In this document: in pieces, positions 1 to 8,500 of the stretch | Position numbering within the stretch: the first letter of the stretch is position 1 | Layout of the letters: each line of letters begins with the position of its first letter | Origin: Akkermansia sp. | Lineage (GTDB): Bacteria; Verrucomicrobiota; Verrucomicrobiia; Verrucomicrobiales; Akkermansiaceae | DNA: 64,000 bases | Direction: 5' to 3' | NCBI GenBank assembly: GCA_045538275.1 | Contig: JAZSRB010000008.1 | Span: forward strand, 15,750-79,749 | Position numbers and translations under genes: made by a program | The notes under the pieces: model-generated | Told to the model about the DNA's origin: nothing | Database searches by the model: none | The model's input: only the letters and a program-made list of their open reading frames with translations

Positions 1-164
1 TGAGCCGCCGCCACGGCGGCATGCCAGCGGCGGTCATCGCGGCCATCAATGCAGTAGCCGATAAGCCCCTCACCGCAATCATCATTGAAATACGGCTTGG
101 AAACCGGGCGAATCAGCGAACAGGAAGCCAGCACCAACGGGAGGATTAGATAGAGCACTTTCAT
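1..164 (-). CDS. Putative lipoprotein, 5' part only (runs off the left edge of the window)
   Basis: Manual translation from ATG 164: MKVLYLILPLVLASCSLIRP..., with lipobox LASC. ATGA overlap with the stop of the upstream Sel1 gene. No stop before base 1. Confidence 0.7.
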   Translation of the reverse strand, partial: MKVLYLILPLVLASCSLIRPVSKPYFNDDCGEGLIGYCIDGRDDRRWHAAVAAA

Positions 165-1303
165 GATTCAGATATACTAACGGTAGGTTGTTTAAAATCT
201 TTTTCCGCACGAGTGCGCCAGTACTGAGCAGCGGCAGCATCCTTCTGCACACCGCGCCCCTGTTCATAACAGGATGCCAGGGCCAGCTGAGCCTCAGCAC
301 GCCCCTGCTCTGCGGCCAGGCGATACCAGAGCACCGCCCGGGTGTCGCTCTGCGGCACACCTTCGCCCAGCTCATAGGCACGCCCCAGATAATATTGAGC
401 CAGGTCATCCCCGGCATTCGCCGCCTTTTGAAACCAATCGGCCGCAGCCGCAACATCCCTGTTTGTTCCCTCTCCATACAGATAACACATACCCAGGTTA
501 AACATAGCATCTACAAATCCCTGGAATGCGGATTTCTCATACCACGCCACAGCCTGTGTCAAATCGCGAAGAACGCCGGCACCGGAAGAATAACAGACCC
601 CCAGCGCGCATTGCGCCGCCGCATTCCCACACTCTGCAGCTGCGCGGAACCACGCAGCGCTTTCAGCCGCGCGGGCTGCTTCCCGGTGGCAGCATAGCCC
701 GGCCTCATACGCCGCAAGGGAATAATACGATGTAGCCATCTCCAGCCCCAGATTGGCAGCCGCAGCATACCAGCGGGCAGCCTCACCCCAATTCTGAGGC
801 ACATGCACGCCGGTTTCACAGGCCACAGCAAGCACAAACGCAGCATTAGGCCGAGTAACTGCCTGCTTCTGCAAAATTTCCATTCCACGGGGGTGCATAT
901 GCCGCAGCAACGCCTCAGCAAAAGGATAACTCATCTGCACCCCGGAAAGATGCCCCATGCGCTCCGGGTGAGTGCGCGCCACAGATACTAACTGCAACAT
1001 GGCAGATTCATGACCGGCAGCCAGATCAACCAACGCACGCAATGCACCGGCATCATGCCCCAGCAGCAAATCCAGCTCTGCAGCTGCAGACTGGTGCACC
1101 GGGGCACGCTGCACCAGCTCCAGCAAAGCGGCAGAATCCCCACCACCGGCAGCTCGAGACGCCAGATTCTGAGCCGATGGTGCAAGTACCATCCATCCTC
1201 CCGCTATGCCTAACGGCACCAGCACCACCAGAAGCAACACCTGCACCGCAGCCTGAATGGCACGGCGAGTCGGAGAACGCAAATCTTTCTGCAATCCGGG
1301 CAT
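161..1303 (-). CDS. Sel1/TPR-repeat membrane-anchored protein
   Basis: N-terminal TM segment and multiple Sel1 repeats (AQCALGVCYSSGAGV..D...AVAWYEKSA, AQYYLGRAYELGEGV, AQLALASCYEQGRGV). Confidence 0.9.
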   Translation of the reverse strand: MPGLQKDLRSPTRRAIQAAVQVLLLVVLVPLGIAGGWMVLAPSAQNLASRAAGGGDSAALLELVQRAPVHQSAAAELDLLLGHDAGALRALVDLAAGHESAMLQLVSVARTHPERMGHLSGVQMSYPFAEALLRHMHPRGMEILQKQAVTRPNAAFVLAVACETGVHVPQNWGEAARWYAAAANLGLEMATSYYSLAAYEAGLCCHREAARAAESAAWFRAAAECGNAAAQCALGVCYSSGAGVLRDLTQAVAWYEKSAFQGFVDAMFNLGMCYLYGEGTNRDVAAAADWFQKAANAGDDLAQYYLGRAYELGEGVPQSDTRAVLWYRLAAEQGRAEAQLALASCYEQGRGVQKDAAAAQYWRTRAEKDFKQPTVSISES

Positions 1304-1436
1304 CTAACGTACTATCCGGCATTCTACCCGCAGAAACCAACCGGAGCAAGCAAAAAATCCCCGTATTTCAGGCGGAATGGTGAAATTATCGGAAATCATT
1401 TGCCTTTTGGTGGAAATGGTGTATACTTGCCGCGCC

Positions 1437-3041
1437 ATGCTGACCATCAAGAAACTCACCAAAGCACACGCCGGCCGCACCCTCTTTTACGAGACCGAGC
1501 TGGTTGTCAACTGGGGCGAGCGCATTGCGCTGGTAGGACCCAACGGAGCGGGAAAATCCACCCTGTTCCGCATGATTCGCGGCGATGATACGCCGGATGA
1601 AGGTCAGATTGTCATGGACGATTACGCCGTAGTCGGCTACCTGCAGCAGGAAGCCGGCGACCCCACCGACCGTACCGTGCTCGAAATTGCCATGAGCACC
1701 ACCCCGGAAATGGGTGATGCTATCCGCACGCTGCGCGAATGCGAAGCCAAGGGCGACAACTCCAGCGATGAGTACGCCGCCGCCATGGATACCTTCATTT
1801 CCCACGACGGCTACCAGATTGAGCCCAAGGCCAAGAAGATTCTGAAGGGACTCTCCTTCAAGGACGAGGATTTCCACCGCCCAGCCCGCGAGATGAGCGG
1901 CGGTTGGGTGATGCGCGCGCACATGGCGCAGCTGCTCACAGCCGAGCCGGATCTCCTCATGCTGGACGAGCCCACCAACCACCTGGATTTGATGAGTCTG
2001 CTGTGGTTCCAGCGCTACCTCATGAATTACCCGGGGGCTATCTTCATGATTTCGCACGACCGCGATTTCATGGATTCGCTCGTAGAGACCGTGTACGACA
2101 TTGAAAATGGCGAACTCGTGCGCTACACCGGCAACTACACCCGCTTCCTGGAACTCAAGGAACAACGCTATGAGCTCGTGCTGGCCGCCTGGCGCAACCA
2201 GCAGCGCGAAATCGCCCACATCGAATCCTTCATCGAGCGCTTCCGCTCGGTAGCATCCAAAGCTTCGCAGGTGCAGAGCCGCATCAAGCAACTGGAAAAG
2301 ATGCGCCGCATCGAAAAGCCTCGCCAGAGCCGCCGCGTGTTCAAATTCATCTTCCCGCAGCCCCCGCGCAGCATGCAGAAAGTGCTGGAGCTGGAAAAAG
2401 TGGGTCAGAGCTACGGCGAGAAGCGCATTTACAAGAACCTCGACCTCCTCATCGAGCGTGGCGACCGCATCGTGCTCGTAGGTCCGAACGGCGCGGGCAA
2501 ATCCACCCTGCTCAAGATTCTGGCCGGCGTCATCCCCATCGACGAAGGACAGCGCGTGCTCGGCACCACCACCCGCATCGGCTACTTCTCACAGATGCGC
2601 TCGGAAAACCTCACGCCCAACTTCACCGTGCTGGAGGAAATCATGAAGGCCGACCCCGAGCTGCGAGAGGAAGAAGCCCGCGCCGTGCTCGGCTCCTTCA
2701 TGTTCCGCAAGCTGGACTGCGAGAAGCGCGTAGAGGTGCTTTCCGGTGGTGAGAAATCGCGTCTCAGTCTGGTGAAATTCCTGGTGAACCCGCCCAACCT
2801 CCTGCTCATGGACGAGCCCACCACCCACCTCGACCTCATGAGCGTAGAAGCACTTTCCCAGGCACTCAAGCGCTACGAAGGCACGCTGGTATTCATCTCG
2901 CACGATGTGCACTTCATCCGCTCCCTGGCTGAAAAGACGCTGCACATCAGCCACGGCACCGTCACCCCCTATGCCGGCGGATATGATTACTATCTGGAGA
3001 AATCAGGGCTGCTGGATAATCCGGATGCTATGGATCAATAA
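1437..3041 (+). CDS. ABC-F family ATP-binding protein (translation factor-type)
   Basis: Two NBDs (GPNGAGKST twice, SGG signature motifs, LDEPTNHLD/MDEPTTHLD), no TM segments. Start set at ATG 1437 (MLTIKKL), just after a TATACT -10 box. Confidence 0.93.
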   Translation: MLTIKKLTKAHAGRTLFYETELVVNWGERIALVGPNGAGKSTLFRMIRGDDTPDEGQIVMDDYAVVGYLQQEAGDPTDRTVLEIAMSTTPEMGDAIRTLRECEAKGDNSSDEYAAAMDTFISHDGYQIEPKAKKILKGLSFKDEDFHRPAREMSGGWVMRAHMAQLLTAEPDLLMLDEPTNHLDLMSLLWFQRYLMNYPGAIFMISHDRDFMDSLVETVYDIENGELVRYTGNYTRFLELKEQRYELVLAAWRNQQREIAHIESFIERFRSVASKASQVQSRIKQLEKMRRIEKPRQSRRVFKFIFPQPPRSMQKVLELEKVGQSYGEKRIYKNLDLLIERGDRIVLVGPNGAGKSTLLKILAGVIPIDEGQRVLGTTTRIGYFSQMRSENLTPNFTVLEEIMKADPELREEEARAVLGSFMFRKLDCEKRVEVLSGGEKSRLSLVKFLVNPPNLLLMDEPTTHLDLMSVEALSQALKRYEGTLVFISHDVHFIRSLAEKTLHISHGTVTPYAGGYDYYLEKSGLLDNPDAMDQ

Positions 3042-3166
3042 GTCCGCCGCAGGCGGATATCGCCGCGATATCGTCTGCGCAGCAGATATCGTCCTGCCGG
3101 AACGGCAGGATATCGTTCCCGTTTACGGCAACGCTTATCCCCTTCCCAACCATTGGGAAAGGGATT
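3039..3166. repeat. Array of short hairpins punctuated by GATATC (left copy, REP-like)
   Basis: GATATC at 3056, 3067, 3085 and 3109 separating hairpins tccgcc-gca-ggcgga, gatatcg-ccg-cgatatc, tctgc-gca-gcaga, tcctgccg-gaa-cggcagga, plus two further imperfect stems. Confidence 0.8.
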
Positions 3167-3180
3167 GCGTTTACCCGGAA

Positions 3181-3615
3181 TCAGAAGGTCAACATCGTAT
3201 AAAGAGCCCGTATCAGGTAATAAGCCGGCACTCCGATTGCCACCAGCACCAGAAGAAGTTGCAACACTTTCTTACGCATCCAGAGTCCCTTCCCTTTCTT
3301 CAATTCCTTGAGCACGTGCAACAAGGATGAGATATATGGCAGCATCAAGGTAAACAGAAAAGCCAGTATCAGAACCACGTACACCATCGCCGGCATTTTT
3401 CCTGGCATGACAATATCATAGGTCAGCACACCGAAAAGCGCCAGGAGCACGAGAAATTTCAACACAAGCAGCGCATAAATCACCGGGTGCTGCCGAATCC
3501 GGATTTTACGATACTTATCCACGTAGACCATACCATCCTTTCCCGGCAGAATATGCGTGCGAAAAAACAGGCCTGCCAAAAACGCCATGAGGATGATAAA
3601 GAATACTTCTAACAT
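3181..3615 (-). CDS. Hypothetical 4-TM membrane protein
   Basis: 144-aa ORF with four hydrophobic segments and an internal repeat (ILPGKDGMVYV / VMPGKMPAMVYV). Visibly more AT-rich than its neighbours. Confidence 0.75.
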   Translation of the reverse strand: MLEVFFIILMAFLAGLFFRTHILPGKDGMVYVDKYRKIRIRQHPVIYALLVLKFLVLLALFGVLTYDIVMPGKMPAMVYVVLILAFLFTLMLPYISSLLHVLKELKKGKGLWMRKKVLQLLLVLVAIGVPAYYLIRALYTMLTF

Positions 3616-3668
3616 GACCTCATTATAGCAAGCGCACCCGAATCAACAAGGAAAAAGCGATTCTGATG

Positions 3669-3757
3669 TAAGTCCGCCGTAGGCGGATATCGTCGCGGCA
3701 TCGCCGCGATATCTCTCCTGCGGGAAGACGATATCCTCCCGTTGGTCGGACGGGAAA
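3669..3757. repeat. Array of short hairpins punctuated by GATATC (right copy)
   Basis: Starts with TAAGTCCGCCGTAGGCGGATATCG, matching 3039-3062 at 23/24 positions. GATATC at 3686, 3708 and 3730. Confidence 0.8.
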
Positions 3758-3786
3758 AATGGGCCTGGCGCTGCTGCACCAGGCCC
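3753..3786 (-). terminator. Rho-independent terminator closing the terminase-containing unit
   Basis: Stem gggcctgg/ccaggccc (3761-3786) followed on the minus strand by ATTTTT. Confidence 0.65.
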
Positions 3787-3795
3787 GTTGGTTCC

Positions 3796-3924
3796 TCACA
3801 GCAATCCTGCGGCTGCACAGGCGCCGATGATGGCACCGGCAATGAGCTTGGCCCAGGATTCCTTGATTCCCCAACCAGTCAGCAGACTGGTCAGCCAGTT
3901 GTGTTGTGTATTATGCGTATTCAT
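3796..3924 (-). CDS. Small hydrophobic protein (42 aa) downstream of the terminase, possibly lysis/holin-like
   Basis: Manual translation: MNTHNTQHNWLTSLLTGWGIKESWAKLIAGAIIGACAAAGLL*. Begins 16 nt after the TerL stop and ends just before a terminator. Below the ORF-track length cut-off. Confidence 0.65.
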   Translation of the reverse strand: MNTHNTQHNWLTSLLTGWGIKESWAKLIAGAIIGACAAAGLL

Positions 3925-3940
3925 AGGGGAATTTTCTGCA

Positions 3941-5545
3941 TCACATGCGAGCGCGGCGGGGCGTTAAACGCAGCTGCACGGGGTAGGCCATGCCATGCGT
4001 CAGCGCCTCGGCAAACATACGGGCGGCATCTGCCGAGTGCGAAGAAGCATCGTGCACCGGGGTTTCACGATAGGTGCCGCTGGCCCCGGCGGGAGCGGTG
4101 CGGTACATTTCCAGGCAGCTGAGGCCGGAGGGTTCCTTTTCCCCGCGCGGGTTGACGCGCTGCTGCAGGGTATCGCGGTGGAACCAGCTGTGCGCCAGGA
4201 TACCACGCAGCGAATTGATACCGCGCCAGATATCCGGTGTGCGGGGCACCACCCGCACGGCGCAGATTCCCTCGCGCGCCAGACTTTCCACATAGGACTG
4301 CCCGTGCGGGTCGCGGTGGGCGGCATCGTGCGGCAGGAAATGCGCGGCAATATGGCCATAGCTCATCTCCCATTCGCGGATTTTTCCGGCAAAGTGCTCC
4401 AGCGGCAGCTGGTTGGCTGAATAGTGGTTCAGCCAATAGACATTGCCGCCGTAATTCTGCACCAGCCAGATGGAGGTGTGGTCGCTGAGTCCTAAATCCC
4501 ACGCGGTGTAGAGCGGCTCCTGCGGGTTGTAGTCGAACGCACAGCCAATGCGTCCCTTTTCGCGCAGCCGGGCAATCTGCGCACCGTAGATGGCGCCATC
4601 GTTGCCGGTGGCAAAGGCTTCATCCGGCGTGGAGGGGTATTCCTGCCGCATGGCAGCACCCATGGTGCGCTCCATGCGGGCGTACCAGAGTTTCTGTGCG
4701 TGGGTAAGCTGCACCCCGCACTCCTGCTCCAGCTTCTCGAAATAGGCAGCCTGGGCATCGGACCAGCCGGCCTTACCCTGCAAGGCATAGTCCGGGTTAT
4801 CGAACCAGCTCATGAAGAAGAAGCGGAAATCGAGCGGCGAAAGCTCCTCTTTGGCACAATTTTCCATGGCCTGTGAGGTCATTTCATAGTTCACGCCGTA
4901 GCGGCCCCCCTCATGCGTACTTTCCAGGATGATGGTACCCTCTGCCGGCACGGTATTAATGGCACCTGTTCGGATTTCACGTGCGCGCCAGGGCGCATGC
5001 ACCGAAACATGCGCCAGCTCGCTCACATGCAGCAGCTGCAGTGTGCCGCCGCGCAGGGTGGTACCCAGGCGGATATCGCTGCCATTGGCAAAGGCAAGGC
5101 GGCCGCGGGCATCCGCCGCGGGGTGCCAGGCTCCCTTTTTCACCATGCCGCTCTGCTGCTTGATGAGGTAGCCTACGCAGGCAAGAGCCTGTTCCTCCTC
5201 CGTAGCATGCGGCGGCAGGTAATCGAGGTGCTCCCAGGCAAAGCGCACCTTTTCGAGCTTCTGCTCGGCATCCGGCAGGGTCTTATCAATGATTCCCGCG
5301 TGGAAATTCGGCGTGAACAGGCAGTTATCCAGCATGAGCATGGCCACATAGGTGGAAATGCCCAGCTGGCGCGCCTTGAGCACCACATTGCGGTGCCACA
5401 GGTTGCGGTGCAGCCGCAGCTGCGCCGCATTGGGGGTGAACCTCTGCATGCGCCCGGATTTATTCTCAATCCAGTACAGGTTATTCAGGCGCCAGAGCGG
5501 GTCGCTCAGGCGGCTGCGGAACTGGGGATCAATAGAAGTCAGCAT
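3941..5545 (-). CDS. terL: Phage terminase large subunit (TerL)
   Basis: Walker A-type VLKARQLGISTY, Walker B LLHVSE, coupling motif ESTHEG, and RNase H-like nuclease motifs AWDLG, PHDA, HSADAARM. Start chosen at ATG 5545 (MLTSIDPQ); 5569 and 5572 are alternatives. Confidence 0.9.
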   Translation of the reverse strand: MLTSIDPQFRSRLSDPLWRLNNLYWIENKSGRMQRFTPNAAQLRLHRNLWHRNVVLKARQLGISTYVAMLMLDNCLFTPNFHAGIIDKTLPDAEQKLEKVRFAWEHLDYLPPHATEEEQALACVGYLIKQQSGMVKKGAWHPAADARGRLAFANGSDIRLGTTLRGGTLQLLHVSELAHVSVHAPWRAREIRTGAINTVPAEGTIILESTHEGGRYGVNYEMTSQAMENCAKEELSPLDFRFFFMSWFDNPDYALQGKAGWSDAQAAYFEKLEQECGVQLTHAQKLWYARMERTMGAAMRQEYPSTPDEAFATGNDGAIYGAQIARLREKGRIGCAFDYNPQEPLYTAWDLGLSDHTSIWLVQNYGGNVYWLNHYSANQLPLEHFAGKIREWEMSYGHIAAHFLPHDAAHRDPHGQSYVESLAREGICAVRVVPRTPDIWRGINSLRGILAHSWFHRDTLQQRVNPRGEKEPSGLSCLEMYRTAPAGASGTYRETPVHDASSHSADAARMFAEALTHGMAYPVQLRLTPRRARM

Positions 5546-8500
5546 CTTCAGGAAGGTGTTCGTTATCATCATCCAGGGGGGGAGGCAGCTCCTCCTCGCT
5601 ATAGTTGTTCGGGTATGGCGAAACAACGCGGTTCAGCACCGTCTGAATCAACTGCACATCCTCCGGTTTCTTGCGCAAGACATCGCAGAATTCCACCAGA
5701 GCCTGTACATGCTCATCACGGTTCACGCCAAATTCTGCCAGCAACATATGGCGAGCCAGCTCACTTGTTAAAGCCTCGCCACGTGTCAGCTGGTCTGGCT
5801 CACGAGTCAGCAGGAAATAGGACAAGCGGGAATCCTGGAATATTTGCATGAACATTTCTTCATTGTTGATATTACGTTCCTCACCTCTTTCCCAATCCTC
5901 TGCGCTCCTGGTCCGGTGCTTCAGCAGATTATCCATATACACCTTCAACTGACGCTTGCGCCAGCGGCAATTAGAGGCATAATCATACATGCGCTCCAGC
6001 TCAAAATCAAACAGATTCAGCGGGGTAAGAGTATGCGGTATCTCATGCGGTTTTCGTGCCATACGAGGACGCAACAGCGGAATGCCATCCGATGTTTGTA
6101 CCACATATGGTGCACGCTGATGCGGGCTGGCGGAATCCGGCATACCCGGCATCAGACGCACCATCTGGTCTGGCAGACGTGTCGTACGATACACCGTCAC
6201 ATACTGCAGGCGCGAGGTATCCAGCTCTCCCGGACGGATTCCCCCAAGCTTCACCCCACAGACAGTCGGAGGATTATCCGCCCCCATCCCATCGGCCCAT
6301 TCTGCCACGCGCTCATAATGCCGCATGAACGATTCCAGGCCGACCTCCGGAGTCCAGCGATTATCCACCTTGCCAGGGGGCTTACCGTCCACCCCGCCAT
6401 AGCGTTCCATATCCCACCAGATGCCATCCGGGCCGACATAGGGCACCTTCACCACGCTGCGGCGAAGCTCAGAAAGCAGACGCAGAGCTGGCATGACACG
6501 TTCATCACCATGGTATTCAGGAGGCAATTCCACCTGATTTTCCATAGAATACCCCTTTTGGACCAGGTCCGGGCGGAACACACGTGTATTCCCCCCCTTG
6601 GTATAATCCGGTTCCGCAATATTATCGGTCTGAATCGGGTTCAACGACATTCGGCAGATTTCACTACCCCCGCGTTCCGTAATACCATATGCACGCAACT
6701 CCGGGTACTTCTGCAACACCTCACCCAATTCCTGCATGGCAGCCTCCGGCGAACGGGTACCGAATACATCCGCCAATTCCGACTGCAACAGGGTGCGTTC
6801 AGATTCGGGCAGAAGTTTCCAGCCCCGCGCCGGGTCATCCAACAGGTTCCAGAGAGCCTGCCCCGCTGCACGGAACGTGCGTTCCCCACCATAAGCAAAG
6901 CACCATCCCTGCTCAAAGCGGCGGGCGGAGTCCGGTTCATAGGCATTTCTGAGGTATTTTTCCAAAGGAATAGGATTATCCTTATTATAGCGACGGCGAA
7001 GGGCTGCCACATCTGGAATCATCTCCTTGACCTGCTCAGCCGCAATGCGGTTCGCACGCACCAGTCGCTCACGATAGTTGATAGCCGATTCCTGTATCGT
7101 AAACTTGCTGAACGGTGTGGTGTAGAACCATTGTTTCACCGAATTCGGCAGCTGGGACTCGCGCATATGCGCCAGCATATACCGTACATTGAGCTCAGAC
7201 ATGCAGCTGGCCAATCGCGCATTCATTTTTACCGGGTCTCCAGGATGAATTAAATTCGGATACCGGCGGCGCATGATACGGCGTTTCGATCCGGTGATGC
7301 GGGTATCATCCATCTTATAATCACGCCCGATTTCCAGAACCTGGTCGCGTTCCTCCGGCGACAGCAGATTCTCACGCACCAACAAATCGGCCACTTCCTC
7401 CGGTTCAACCCATTTGGAGGACAGCATACGATTCCAATACGCCTTGAAACTGAGTTGCGCAAGCGAAAGCGGGGTCAGCGGGCGGCTGTGACGCACCAGG
7501 TAACGGTCTGTTTCATCCTTTACCAGCTTCAGCGTATGGTCCAGGCGGCGGCCTTTGTAACGGGTCCAGTTCTTATTCTCCCGGACAAACTCAAGCCCCA
7601 CCTTGAACAAAGTGGAATCCCCCATCCATTGCGCGCAGAGGTCACGAGCCGCAGTATTACACAAATGGTCATAGCCCAGATATGCTTTCTGCTGCATCGG
7701 GAACATATTGCTGCGCAAATACGACACGCGCTCCGCAGCATCCTTGACCATACCACGTTGTAATTCCGGAATCAGCATATTCTTGCCCATGGGAAGGAAC
7801 GAGGTTTCCACATTACCTACTACCGAATTTACCACATAGCCAGGGAATTCGAACCACGGCGTATAACGGCCATCGGGACGCTTCATGCGCCAGAGCTTTC
7901 CCCCCTTGCCATCAGGAGTGCTCTCTAGATCGTTCCCGCTCAAGTCCGAATAACGGAGCATCACCTCGCTATTCATGTCGTACCGGGCACGATTATCGCT
8001 CATATCAGGCCGGATTTCTGAAAGCGGCTTGGGGTCCCATACCTTCCGGTCCAGGCAGTCTCCAAACTCCCGATTCAGCAGATGCGCGTAAATATCTGCC
8101 GGGGCGTGCGCCATGCATAGCGCATCCTGGAAATCCCGGGTATGCGGAATAACCTGCATGAGGGCATCTGCGCAGGAACGCAGGCTGAGAATAATGCGAT
8201 AAGCCTCCACTAACTGAGGTGCATCCGTTTTTCGCGGCAGACGGGTCCGCTTTACAGCATGTTCATAGCAATTGGTAAAGGCATGGCGCGGTTCATCTCT
8301 CAACCACCGCGGAGCATGACCTGAATAATGGCGGCGCTGCATATACATATGCCCGATACGCTCACACAGCATATTCAGAGACTCCTCACGAGGCATGCCG
8401 CGCTGCCAGCGGTCAATGGCAGCGCACACTTCACTATGAATGAGGGCGCGCCGCTGCTCGCTGCGATAACGAGCCTCCTTCTGGCTCTTGTTGATACGCC

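Noticed and set aside
3039-3757. Possible CRISPR array in the GATATC repeats
   Set aside because: Only a 6-7-nt constant unit with self-complementary, variable-length inserts; no 25-45-nt repeats with unique spacers and no cas genes.
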